Source: a virus (lineage: Duplodnaviria; Caudoviricetes). Taken from it: a stretch of 38,381 nt of DNA. The notes under the pieces are model-generated. The model made no database searches, was not told the DNA's origin, and was given only the letters and a program-made list of their open reading frames with translations. This document shows positions 30,075-38,381 of this stretch, piece by piece (position 1 is the stretch's first letter; each line of letters opens with the position of its first letter). A program made the position numbers and the translations under genes. The DNA is taken from IMG/VR virus record IMGVR_UViG_3300037851_001505, positions 1-38,381 of that record; one strand, given 5' to 3'.

Positions 30075-32900
30075 ATGGCAATCAAACTGGGAAGCGCTTA
30101 CGGCATAGTGACATTGGATGCGAGAGGTGTGCGCGAGGGCGTGAACAACGCGAACGCCGCGCTGAAGTCATTGCAAGCATCCGCGCAGTTGGCAAGCAAG
30201 CAGTTACAGGGCATTGGCAAGACCATGACATTGGGCTTGACTCTGCCTTTGGCGGCGTTGGGTACTGCCTGGACAAAAGCGGCAAGCGATTACCAAGAGA
30301 CTGCCAACAAGGTCAAGGTGGTGTTTGGAGAATCCGCTGATGCTGTCTTTGCATTTGCAAAAGATTCTGCCACCGCGCTGGGCATGAGTCAGCAGGCGGC
30401 GCTCGATGCGGCAGGGACTTTCGGAAATCTATTCACCTCGATGGGACTGGCGCGGGAAGCCTCGGCAGAAATGAGTATGGGGTTGGTGCAGTTGGCGTCT
30501 GACCTGGCATCGTTCAACAATCTCGATCCGACCGAAGTGCTGGTGAAGTTGCGAGCAGGATTGGTCGGAGAGGTTGAGCCGATGCGCACGTTGGGCGTGA
30601 GGCTCGATGCGGTGTCCGTAAAAGCCAAGGCGATGGCAATGGGTCTTGCCGATGCGAATGGTGAGTTGAGCCAAGCCGCGCTGTTGCAGGCGCGCTATGC
30701 GATGATGCTGGAGCAGACCGGAAATGCCCAGGGCGACTTTGCGCGGACAGCCGATGGGCTGGCGAACCAAATGCGCATCTTGAAGGCACAGGTTGAAGAC
30801 GCGGGCGTGAAGCTTGGAACAATTCTGTTGCCGTATGTGCTCAAAGGTGTGACTGCTATTACAGACTTGGTGGAGCAGATCGATTCATGGGATGCGGCAA
30901 CTCAGCAACAGATCCTCAGCCTGCTTGCGCTGGCGGCGGTTGTCGGACCGGTGATCATGTCAGTCGGCAAGATGGTCGCGATCTATAGTGCGCTGGTCCC
31001 GGCTGTGAATACTTTAACCAGAGCCTGGCAGGCTGGTCTCACCGTGCAGACATCGGTTCGTGCGGCGATTACAACACTGACAGCGGGAATGAATATGCTG
31101 ACGGTTTCAATCCTTGCCGCTGTGGCGGCAGTTGCCGCGTTGATCGCAGTCTGGCTCACATGGAAAGCGCAAATTGCAGATCGTGTGGAAGCAGGCATGG
31201 CGAAGAATATGGAGGTGTGGGCTGATGCAATGCAGAAGGTCGTCGATGCGGGCGGAAGCGCCGAGGACGTGCTGAAACGATATGTGAATGGTATCGAGGC
31301 AGTCAACCAAGCGCATGAAAAACACGGCTTGGTTGCCGAGCTATTTGTGGACAAACAACAAATTATCTTGAATGGGTTGGAACAGACCGAGCAGGCGTTA
31401 ATCGATGCCTCAGACGGTTACGCTGAATATAAGTCGAGCGTGATGTCTGCGGCAGATGCGGCAGGTTTGATGATTGACGCTGAGGGCAATTTGGTGCGGG
31501 TGATTCGTGGGCGGGGCGGCGTAGTGACCAAAGTTGTGGAAGAGAACTTCATGCTCTCCGAGAGCGGGTATCAGGCGGCAACTGCAGTAGAGACATTGAC
31601 AGCCGCAGAGCGCAGGGCTGAGACTGCGGCGCGGCGTCATGCAGGCGCGCTGAAACAGGTGACGAATGCCGCAATGGACGCGAGCGACATCATGTCGATT
31701 GTTTCATCGACATTGTCTGAGTGGGGGATGAATGCAGATGATGCGTCTGCCAAGACCGATGAGCTTGCAGTTTCACTGGGCGCAGTCAGCGGCGAAGCGC
31801 AACAACTGCAGAGCGACATACGTCTGATCACTCAGGCTTGGGCGGCAGGCGTGTTGAAGGGCGATGTCTATGCTCAAATGTTACAAGCCGCGAAAGATGG
31901 CACTCTCAAGTTGTCTGACGCGCAACGTGAGAGTTATCAGTCGGGTATTGACCAAGCGAATTTGCTGAAAGAGCAAGCGGCGTCGGCATCTGAAGCGGCG
32001 AGCGCCTATGCAGATATGGCGATGCAACTCAAAGATGCTACGAGCGCCCAGATTGCCAGTACCTTGATCGGCGAGATTGAGAAGTTGAAAGACGCTGGGG
32101 CAATCTCCCCTGATCAATTCCTGGAAGCGTTTAAAGATATTGCCATTGATTTCGGATTGGCTGATGAAAAATCATTAGCTCTTGCGGAACACATACCGCT
32201 GTTAACGGATGCCCTGGCAAAAGGTGTCTTGCCTGCGCAAGCAATGTCTGAAGCGCTCGGCGCGTTGATCACCGATGCCGCTGATGGGGAAGTGAACTTC
32301 CAAGCGATCATCGATAAGTTTGGAGGGATTCAAACAGAGGCTCCCAAAACAACCGCCGTACTTCAAACCGAAATGCCCAAGTGGGAAAGCCAGGCTGATA
32401 AAACAGCAAAAACTATCGCGCAAAAGTTTTCAGGGATCAACTGGGAGGGTGTCGGTTCCAGTATTGCGGACGGCATCGCGGCAGGTATCACGGCGGGAAC
32501 CCCCGCGATTGTAGCGGCGGCTGAGGCGGCGGCTCTGGCGGCGCTCGATGCGGCGAATGCCGCTCTGGGGATCCAGTCGCCGAGCAAGGAATTCATGGTG
32601 TCTGGAAAAATGACCATGTTGGGCATGGCGCTGGGCGTGACCAAAAACACAGCGACGGTGATCCGGTCTGTCCGTGATATGACTCAACAGATGATGGCTG
32701 AAGCGGGAGGAGTCGTGGCTGGCTCCGGTCTGTTGCCGACCATTCGCGGTGGGGCAGTTTCGCTGGCGCCGCAACGCTCCGGGTCGGGCGGGCAGTCTTT
32801 CAACGAAGACAACCGCACGAGCTTCTGGGCTCCGACAACGATCATTATGAACTCACAAGATTCGATGCATGACATCGTGAAGAAGGCGAGGCGGCGATGA
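30075..32900 (+). CDS. Tape measure protein
   Basis: 941 aa Ala-rich helical protein; DLASFNN, GDFART and LGIQSPSK motifs. Confidence 0.92.
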   Translation: MAIKLGSAYGIVTLDARGVREGVNNANAALKSLQASAQLASKQLQGIGKTMTLGLTLPLAALGTAWTKAASDYQETANKVKVVFGESADAVFAFAKDSATALGMSQQAALDAAGTFGNLFTSMGLAREASAEMSMGLVQLASDLASFNNLDPTEVLVKLRAGLVGEVEPMRTLGVRLDAVSVKAKAMAMGLADANGELSQAALLQARYAMMLEQTGNAQGDFARTADGLANQMRILKAQVEDAGVKLGTILLPYVLKGVTAITDLVEQIDSWDAATQQQILSLLALAAVVGPVIMSVGKMVAIYSALVPAVNTLTRAWQAGLTVQTSVRAAITTLTAGMNMLTVSILAAVAAVAALIAVWLTWKAQIADRVEAGMAKNMEVWADAMQKVVDAGGSAEDVLKRYVNGIEAVNQAHEKHGLVAELFVDKQQIILNGLEQTEQALIDASDGYAEYKSSVMSAADAAGLMIDAEGNLVRVIRGRGGVVTKVVEENFMLSESGYQAATAVETLTAAERRAETAARRHAGALKQVTNAAMDASDIMSIVSSTLSEWGMNADDASAKTDELAVSLGAVSGEAQQLQSDIRLITQAWAAGVLKGDVYAQMLQAAKDGTLKLSDAQRESYQSGIDQANLLKEQAASASEAASAYADMAMQLKDATSAQIASTLIGEIEKLKDAGAISPDQFLEAFKDIAIDFGLADEKSLALAEHIPLLTDALAKGVLPAQAMSEALGALITDAADGEVNFQAIIDKFGGIQTEAPKTTAVLQTEMPKWESQADKTAKTIAQKFSGINWEGVGSSIADGIAAGITAGTPAIVAAAEAAALAALDAANAALGIQSPSKEFMVSGKMTMLGMALGVTKNTATVIRSVRDMTQQMMAEAGGVVAGSGLLPTIRGGAVSLAPQRSGSGGQSFNEDNRTSFWAPTTIIMNSQDSMHDIVKKARRR

Positions 32901-35074
32901 TCCGAATCCAGTCGTTCAACGGAAAAACGCTCGACGCGGCGAAGTACACCATTGTCGCGCAAGTGCGAGATAACAAGCTCGCTCAGTCGGTGGTATCGGC
33001 TGAAGTCGTTTTGCGCGGGAAAGCTGATCCACTTCCTGCGCCATATACGCGGCAGGAAAACTATATTGTGCTGTCCATCGAATTAACAGTGGCGAAAGAC
33101 GATGTTGCGTACGCTTTCGATGAATTGGTCTCGATCTTCGATGTGGACGATGACGAACTGCACAGCCTGATCGGGCTGGATGACGATGATGTTGAGTGGG
33201 AGATCGAAGCCCGCCCGACGCAATACGTGATCGAGAATTCATATCTGCACAAGATCAATTTGCAAACCATGACCAAAGCGTGGTCACGCACGGCGCAAAG
33301 CAGCGACACATGGAACATCACAGCCAGCGGGCAGACGCATGTTATATCCACCAATGGCAATCGCAAAGTCCGTCCGGTGTTCGAGTTCACACCTTCTGTC
33401 AATAAGGGCTGGAATGGTTTTCTCAAACGCTACGATTACTTGATCTATAATCGCCAAGCCAAGCGTTACAACGGCGACATCTACTCGCGCGACATCACTG
33501 AAGGCGGGTTGAACACATCCACGCTGGTTGCCGATACGAGCAAGAGCAATCAGATCAACCAGGGGGGTGGCATTACCGCTGTAGCGACAACGATCCCGAT
33601 CGATACAGCGGTCGGCGGAGGACTGCCGTCCATTGGCATGGGCTATATAGACAGCGAGCAGATCGCGTGGACAGGCAACACGGGTACGCAATTAACAGGC
33701 GTAACCCGGGGCATCGGTTCGACTGTCGCGGCGACTCATGCTGATAATGCTGTCATCAAACGCAGTTGGATTAAAGCGGATGGTAGCGACGTGCGCGTGT
33801 ACTTGAACGATGTGTCCATTCCCTATTGGCTCAGCACGACCAGCCTCGCCGGATCATCCGCCACCAAAATTTGGATTAACTTGGATTTATCGCCGAAGCA
33901 GGAATTTGTTCTTGCGACAGCGATCGCATCAAGCGGAAGCATTAGCGCAATTGAATTCAAGAAGACTGCGAGCATTGTCGAGAAGATGCAGGCGCTGCCC
34001 GATGAAGGCGAATTGCTGATCGATAGCGAACGTTTCATTTATACGGATAAGGATGTATCCAAGAGAAAAGTGACGGGCATCACCAGAGCGGCACGCGGCT
34101 CGAGCATGGCAAGCCACAGTGTTGGAGGCACGATTCGTTGGATTGAGCATAATATTATTTTGGCGTTTGGCAACGAGACATTAGAGGCATCCGAGCAGGA
34201 TGAATCGATGAAGCCGTTGCTCAACCTATCTTCCAGCACAAACACATCTTGGGTATTGAGTGAATTCGCCGATGAGACGGGCTTGCGGGCGAACGCTTGG
34301 GTTGGCTCGGTGATCAGTTCTACTGGCGGCGAATCGAACGTATATACCGGATCATACGGCGCGGCGGCTGATCCAGCCACCGAGATGGGTATGTCTATTT
34401 TGGCATGGCAACAAAGCGGAGCATGGCGCGGTGAGACGGCTAAGCTGTCTTGGATATTCAGCCTGCCGTGCGGTTTCACAACGGTTACATCCAGCGGAGC
34501 CAAGTATCGCTCCTCTACTGAGTGGGCGTCAAAATCGGGTTTGCAAAAATCGAAAAACGGAAAAGACTGGGAGACTGTTTTCAACGAAGCGACGCCCGGA
34601 TCGACCGGAGCATGGGCAGCGTGGACGCGGAGCAGTGTCAGCTTAAGCGGAACATATCAATTCTTGCGGTTTATCTTTTTCGGGACAATTTCCGCCAAGG
34701 CTGATCATCAAATCTCATTTGAGGTGCAGTCTGTCACCTTGACATTGGACAGCGGCAATACGCCGGTTGGGACTCTCGTTGGAGACGCCGTAGGACCGTA
34801 TGAATTGGATGCGAAGATTACAAATGAAACCAATGGACTCTATTTTCGAGTGCATTTTGTGATGCGCACTGGACAGACGTTGCGGATTGACTGTGCGCAA
34901 TGCAAGGTGAAATACCTTAAAGACAACTCGGATGCCTTCGGGGCGATCAGCATTCCGGCTGAGTTTGATTGGATGTTGTTAGAGCCGGGTGATAATACAC
35001 TGACCTACGAAGACGATGGCACAGGCACAATCAGCCTCGTGACCAAATGGTATGAGCAAAAGGTGATGCGATGA
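32897..35074 (+). CDS. Distal tail (Dit-like) protein with inserted domains
   Basis: Directly after the tape measure gene; C-terminal LEPGDNTL motif; duplicated IDSE...TG.TR...S..A.H module. Confidence 0.65.
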   Translation: MIRIQSFNGKTLDAAKYTIVAQVRDNKLAQSVVSAEVVLRGKADPLPAPYTRQENYIVLSIELTVAKDDVAYAFDELVSIFDVDDDELHSLIGLDDDDVEWEIEARPTQYVIENSYLHKINLQTMTKAWSRTAQSSDTWNITASGQTHVISTNGNRKVRPVFEFTPSVNKGWNGFLKRYDYLIYNRQAKRYNGDIYSRDITEGGLNTSTLVADTSKSNQINQGGGITAVATTIPIDTAVGGGLPSIGMGYIDSEQIAWTGNTGTQLTGVTRGIGSTVAATHADNAVIKRSWIKADGSDVRVYLNDVSIPYWLSTTSLAGSSATKIWINLDLSPKQEFVLATAIASSGSISAIEFKKTASIVEKMQALPDEGELLIDSERFIYTDKDVSKRKVTGITRAARGSSMASHSVGGTIRWIEHNIILAFGNETLEASEQDESMKPLLNLSSSTNTSWVLSEFADETGLRANAWVGSVISSTGGESNVYTGSYGAAADPATEMGMSILAWQQSGAWRGETAKLSWIFSLPCGFTTVTSSGAKYRSSTEWASKSGLQKSKNGKDWETVFNEATPGSTGAWAAWTRSSVSLSGTYQFLRFIFFGTISAKADHQISFEVQSVTLTLDSGNTPVGTLVGDAVGPYELDAKITNETNGLYFRVHFVMRTGQTLRIDCAQCKVKYLKDNSDAFGAISIPAEFDWMLLEPGDNTLTYEDDGTGTISLVTKWYEQKVMR

Positions 35075-36132
35075 GCGATTGGCGTTTGACGCTTTTCAGC
35101 AACAAGGGCATCCCGCTGGCGGATGTCAAAACCCATGTCGAATGCGAATGGGTCTTGAACGATTATGGCGAGCTGACGTTTACAATCTCCAAAGAAGACC
35201 CCGCTTGTAAACCGCAGATTTTACGCAAAGGCAATTTTGTGTTTTTTCAACATAGCAAGGCGGGGACATGGGGCGGTGTGATTCGAGCGCCGCGAGCCTG
35301 GACGCGTAAAGCAATCAAGATTACCGCGCACAGCGGGGCGGTGCAGTTTGCGCGGCGCGTGGGTCCCAGTGAGGTGTGGACTGGAACCCCGGGGGTGTTG
35401 TTTCAAAAAGCGATTGATTATGGAAACGCTCAGGGCAACATGCGCATTCGGCGCGGCGATATTTGGACAGGCGGCGACGATGTGGAAGATGAGTTGCGGC
35501 ACGATTCCCTGATTGACTACATCAAAAATTTACAAGACATTGCGGATTGCGATTGGCAAGTCCGCGCTGTGTTGGACGACAAGAACCGCATTCAGTTCTA
35601 TGCCGACTTCAAGAAAATCGAAAATGTTGTGCCGCTTGTCTTGCGCGAAGGACCGAATAGCAATTTGAAGATCACCGATGAAGACGAAGTCTTGTTAGAG
35701 CAGGATGACATCGTCAATGAAGTGCTGTATTTCGGAAGTGATGGAGAGCAGTTTCGCACACGAAAGAAATCATCCTTGCGGAATGAAGAATCCATCAAGC
35801 GCTATGGTCTGGAACAAATGGCGGATGCTTTGCCCGAGCGCACTGCATCCTGGCGCAGGTTGTTGTTGGCGGCGTACAAGCGGCTCAATCGCATGAGCCG
35901 CGAGCAGGCAACCTATCATTTGACTGCGCTCAACGTTGGGCGCACGTTTGAGTTGGCGCGTGAAGGAAATATTGGCAAGGTATATTTGCCAGGATTTGGC
36001 TTTCGGAGCGAGTCGTCAATATCGTTGGATGGGGGCAGGACTGTGTTTGGAAACGGCGCAAAAGTGAGAGTGCTGGGGCGGGTGTTGAGCACTGCCGAAG
36101 ATACGATGGAACTGGCGTTGGAGGTGAAATAA
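35071..36132 (+). CDS. Baseplate hub/Tal-like minor tail protein
   Basis: Position; LNDYGELTFTI, WGGVI and SIKRYGL motifs. Confidence 0.65.
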   Translation: MSDWRLTLFSNKGIPLADVKTHVECEWVLNDYGELTFTISKEDPACKPQILRKGNFVFFQHSKAGTWGGVIRAPRAWTRKAIKITAHSGAVQFARRVGPSEVWTGTPGVLFQKAIDYGNAQGNMRIRRGDIWTGGDDVEDELRHDSLIDYIKNLQDIADCDWQVRAVLDDKNRIQFYADFKKIENVVPLVLREGPNSNLKITDEDEVLLEQDDIVNEVLYFGSDGEQFRTRKKSSLRNEESIKRYGLEQMADALPERTASWRRLLLAAYKRLNRMSREQATYHLTALNVGRTFELAREGNIGKVYLPGFGFRSESSISLDGGRTVFGNGAKVRVLGRVLSTAEDTMELALEVK

Positions 36133-38381
36133 TGGCTCGTGTTTTGCCGAAACTGGTTAACAAAAATAATCTATTCACCGCGCAAGATCGGCAAGGGCGT
36201 GAAATCGCCATGCTCAAACGCGGGGCAGTGAGAACGCCAAACTTGGAAGCCATCAGCCCAGAGCTGGGCGAGTATAAGTTTTTGCGTGAGGATGGAAGTG
36301 TGGCTGTGCGGATTGGAAGTTTCCCCGAAGAAGATGCTGACACTGGAACATTCACGAACTTAAACGGTCGTGATTTAAATGGCGCTTTGCAATGGGGCAT
36401 TGATAGTGACAATGGCGAGATCATCGCGGCGAACAAATCAGTTCGCTTAAATAAAAAGGGCATCGCTCTCTCGAATGGAGCGACAATATTTAATGCAGAA
36501 GGAGTCATGATGGACACACAAACAGTCAAAGGCTTTTCATGGGAAAAACTCGGCGCGGCGTTGAACGCTGGTGGATTGCCAATATACTTTACCGTTTATG
36601 CGCTGGGTGTCGATCGTGTTAATGACATTCTCTACGCGGGTGGAACGTTCACCAGCGCAGGCGGGAGCGCGATTTCGTATTTTGCAAAATGGCAAAACGG
36701 CACATGGTCGCGATGTGGGACTATTGATCCAAATGGACAAGTCCGATGTGTCCACGTTGATCGTAACGGGAATGTTTATATCGGCGGCTCGTTCACGCAG
36801 GTGGATGGTGTGTCCTGTAGCAAGATCGCAAAATGGAATGGAACCGTTTGGAGCGCATTGGGGACTGGAGTGGATGACACAGTCTATGGCATCGCAACAG
36901 ATTCGGGTGGCAATGTGTATGCCGCAGGAAGTTTCAATAACGCAGGCGGGTCACCCATTCGCATAATTGCGAAGTGGAATGGCTCGGCGTGGAGTTCGCT
37001 GGGCAGTGTCTTTCCATTGGCTTATGGCGCGATCCATGCCGTGGTGTGCGATGCCAGCAACAATATTTATGTGACCAACGATGCCAATAATTATCTGGGT
37101 GGCGTTTCCAAGTGGAATGGATCGGCGTGGTCGCTAGTTGGAACGATGGACGGCAGGGAATTGCTCTGCATCGATGCCAACAACAACCTGTACACGATCG
37201 CTTTTGATGCCGTGGTCGATTCACCAGATACGATCTACAAGTGGAACGGCTCCGTGTGGGAAATGATTGGCACAGACAGTTTTGATGACAATATTCGCGC
37301 CTTGGCTGTGGATATGAATGGCATTGTTTACGCCGGGGGCGATTTCCTGAACGTGGGCACGGAACCGATGAAATACTTTGCTCGCTGGGATGGATCGGAA
37401 TGGAGCAATGCTGGCGCATCTCCTGATGCCAGAGTGACGGCGCTTGCGATTGATCCTTTCACCGCAGGCAATCTTTACGTTGGCGGGAGTTTTACCAGCT
37501 TTGCGGCTGAGACAGTTGGCTATTTGATTAAACTCTGCGAAGTGGATGCTGACATCAAACGCGCTCAAGTGTTTGGCGTTGGCTCAGATGGCGACTGGAA
37601 AGTGACCGGTGTAATCACACTTAAACGGGATATGTATTTCAGAAACCTGTGGCTTGCTGGAGCAAGTGCGCGTGTCAAGCTCAACGGGTACAAGCTTTTT
37701 GTCAGCGGCATCTTGAAGATCGACAATGCCAGCGGATCCGTGGATGCTGATGGAGAGAATGGAGTTAATGGTGGATCGTATTCTGGCGGCGATGGTGGTA
37801 GTGCAGGAACTCGTCCATATACTGCCAGCCCACATTTTTCATTCCCGCTTGCGGGTGGGAATGGAGGAACTCCAGCCGGAGCAGGAACTGCTAATAGTTC
37901 AGGAGGTACAACGCCGGGGAAACCCTACACAGCGATGTCGCCATACACATTTCGCCCTGGGCAAAGCGGAGCGGGCGGTGGGTGTCATGGAGTATCGCCT
38001 GCTGTCGGTGGGTCGCCTGCCACGCAACTAGATTATGCAGGCGCAGGTGGTAATGGCGGAACTGCAACTGGCACGGCGAATAACGCAATGGGTGGTGGTG
38101 GTGGCGGATCGGGGGGCGGTGTTGTATGGGTCTATGCATATTGTATCGATAACGCAGGTCGCATATCTGCAAAAGGTGGTAATGGAGGAAGCGGTGGAAC
38201 AGGCGGTGGTAACAAAGGTGGCAATGGCGGCGGCGGTGGCGGTGGAACTGTTGTGATCTATTTCTCGACCATTGATGGAGCAGGCATTGGCACTGTCAGC
38301 GCAAGCGGTGGCGCAGCTGGAACCGCAGGCAATGGAGGAAGTGCTGGCAGTGCAGGGAGTACCTACGTTTATCAACTCTAA
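36132..38381 (+). CDS. Tail fibre/receptor-binding protein with beta-propeller-like repeats and a Gly-rich C-terminus
   Basis: About six repeats of YxGGxF...AKWNGxxWS; polyglycine-type tail (GGGGGGSGGGVVWV). Confidence 0.75.
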   Translation: MARVLPKLVNKNNLFTAQDRQGREIAMLKRGAVRTPNLEAISPELGEYKFLREDGSVAVRIGSFPEEDADTGTFTNLNGRDLNGALQWGIDSDNGEIIAANKSVRLNKKGIALSNGATIFNAEGVMMDTQTVKGFSWEKLGAALNAGGLPIYFTVYALGVDRVNDILYAGGTFTSAGGSAISYFAKWQNGTWSRCGTIDPNGQVRCVHVDRNGNVYIGGSFTQVDGVSCSKIAKWNGTVWSALGTGVDDTVYGIATDSGGNVYAAGSFNNAGGSPIRIIAKWNGSAWSSLGSVFPLAYGAIHAVVCDASNNIYVTNDANNYLGGVSKWNGSAWSLVGTMDGRELLCIDANNNLYTIAFDAVVDSPDTIYKWNGSVWEMIGTDSFDDNIRALAVDMNGIVYAGGDFLNVGTEPMKYFARWDGSEWSNAGASPDARVTALAIDPFTAGNLYVGGSFTSFAAETVGYLIKLCEVDADIKRAQVFGVGSDGDWKVTGVITLKRDMYFRNLWLAGASARVKLNGYKLFVSGILKIDNASGSVDADGENGVNGGSYSGGDGGSAGTRPYTASPHFSFPLAGGNGGTPAGAGTANSSGGTTPGKPYTAMSPYTFRPGQSGAGGGCHGVSPAVGGSPATQLDYAGAGGNGGTATGTANNAMGGGGGGSGGGVVWVYAYCIDNAGRISAKGGNGGSGGTGGGNKGGNGGGGGGGTVVIYFSTIDGAGIGTVSASGGAAGTAGNGGSAGSAGSTYVYQL

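Larger units (their letters stand above)
1..38381. mobile_element. Temperate tailed (siphovirus-like) phage/prophage genome, probably incomplete at both ends
   Basis: Repressor switch, recombinase, primase, terminase, portal, capsid, tail tube, tape measure and tail-tip genes, nearly all co-oriented. No sheath gene seen. The window starts and ends on stop codons; no attL/attR seen. Confidence 0.95.

Noticed and set aside
36132-38381. Diversity-generating retroelement target
   Set aside because: No reverse transcriptase and no template/variable repeat pair seen in the window.

Overview
The whole window is one temperate, Siphoviridae-like (pro)phage genome, cut at gene boundaries with no att ends visible. 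The attC family, GAAC-N4-GTTC-type boxes and REP-like palindromes suggest a Chloroflexota (Anaerolineae-like) host; this is inference. Gene order: divergent repressor switch (1-1019); early operon with a Xer-like tyrosine recombinase, small ORFs and a dif-like dyad; primase-ATPase with an iteron-like array; a membrane/lipoprotein/FtsK module; an accessory region; a TerS-like gene plus two ParB-like/methyltransferase genes; a lysis-like module; TerS/TerL; a protease-scaffold-capsid fusion; connectors; a displaced portal; tail tube, chaperones, tape measure, Dit, hub and receptor-binding protein. The most striking observation is an integron gene-cassette array inside the phage (12418-14062). It has an attI-like site and three cassettes, each closed by a 128-130 bp attC whose R'' end is the exact 10-11 bp reverse complement of that cassette's own start, and there is no IntI in the window. 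This suggests the phage loads accessory genes using a host integron integrase. Other leads are an FtsK/TraB-like DNA-translocation module with GAAAGTTTC repeats, a Flp-pilin-like peptide, LexA-like boxes inside late promoters, and a C39-like protease in the endolysin position. All functional calls come from motif recognition by eye; no database search was run.
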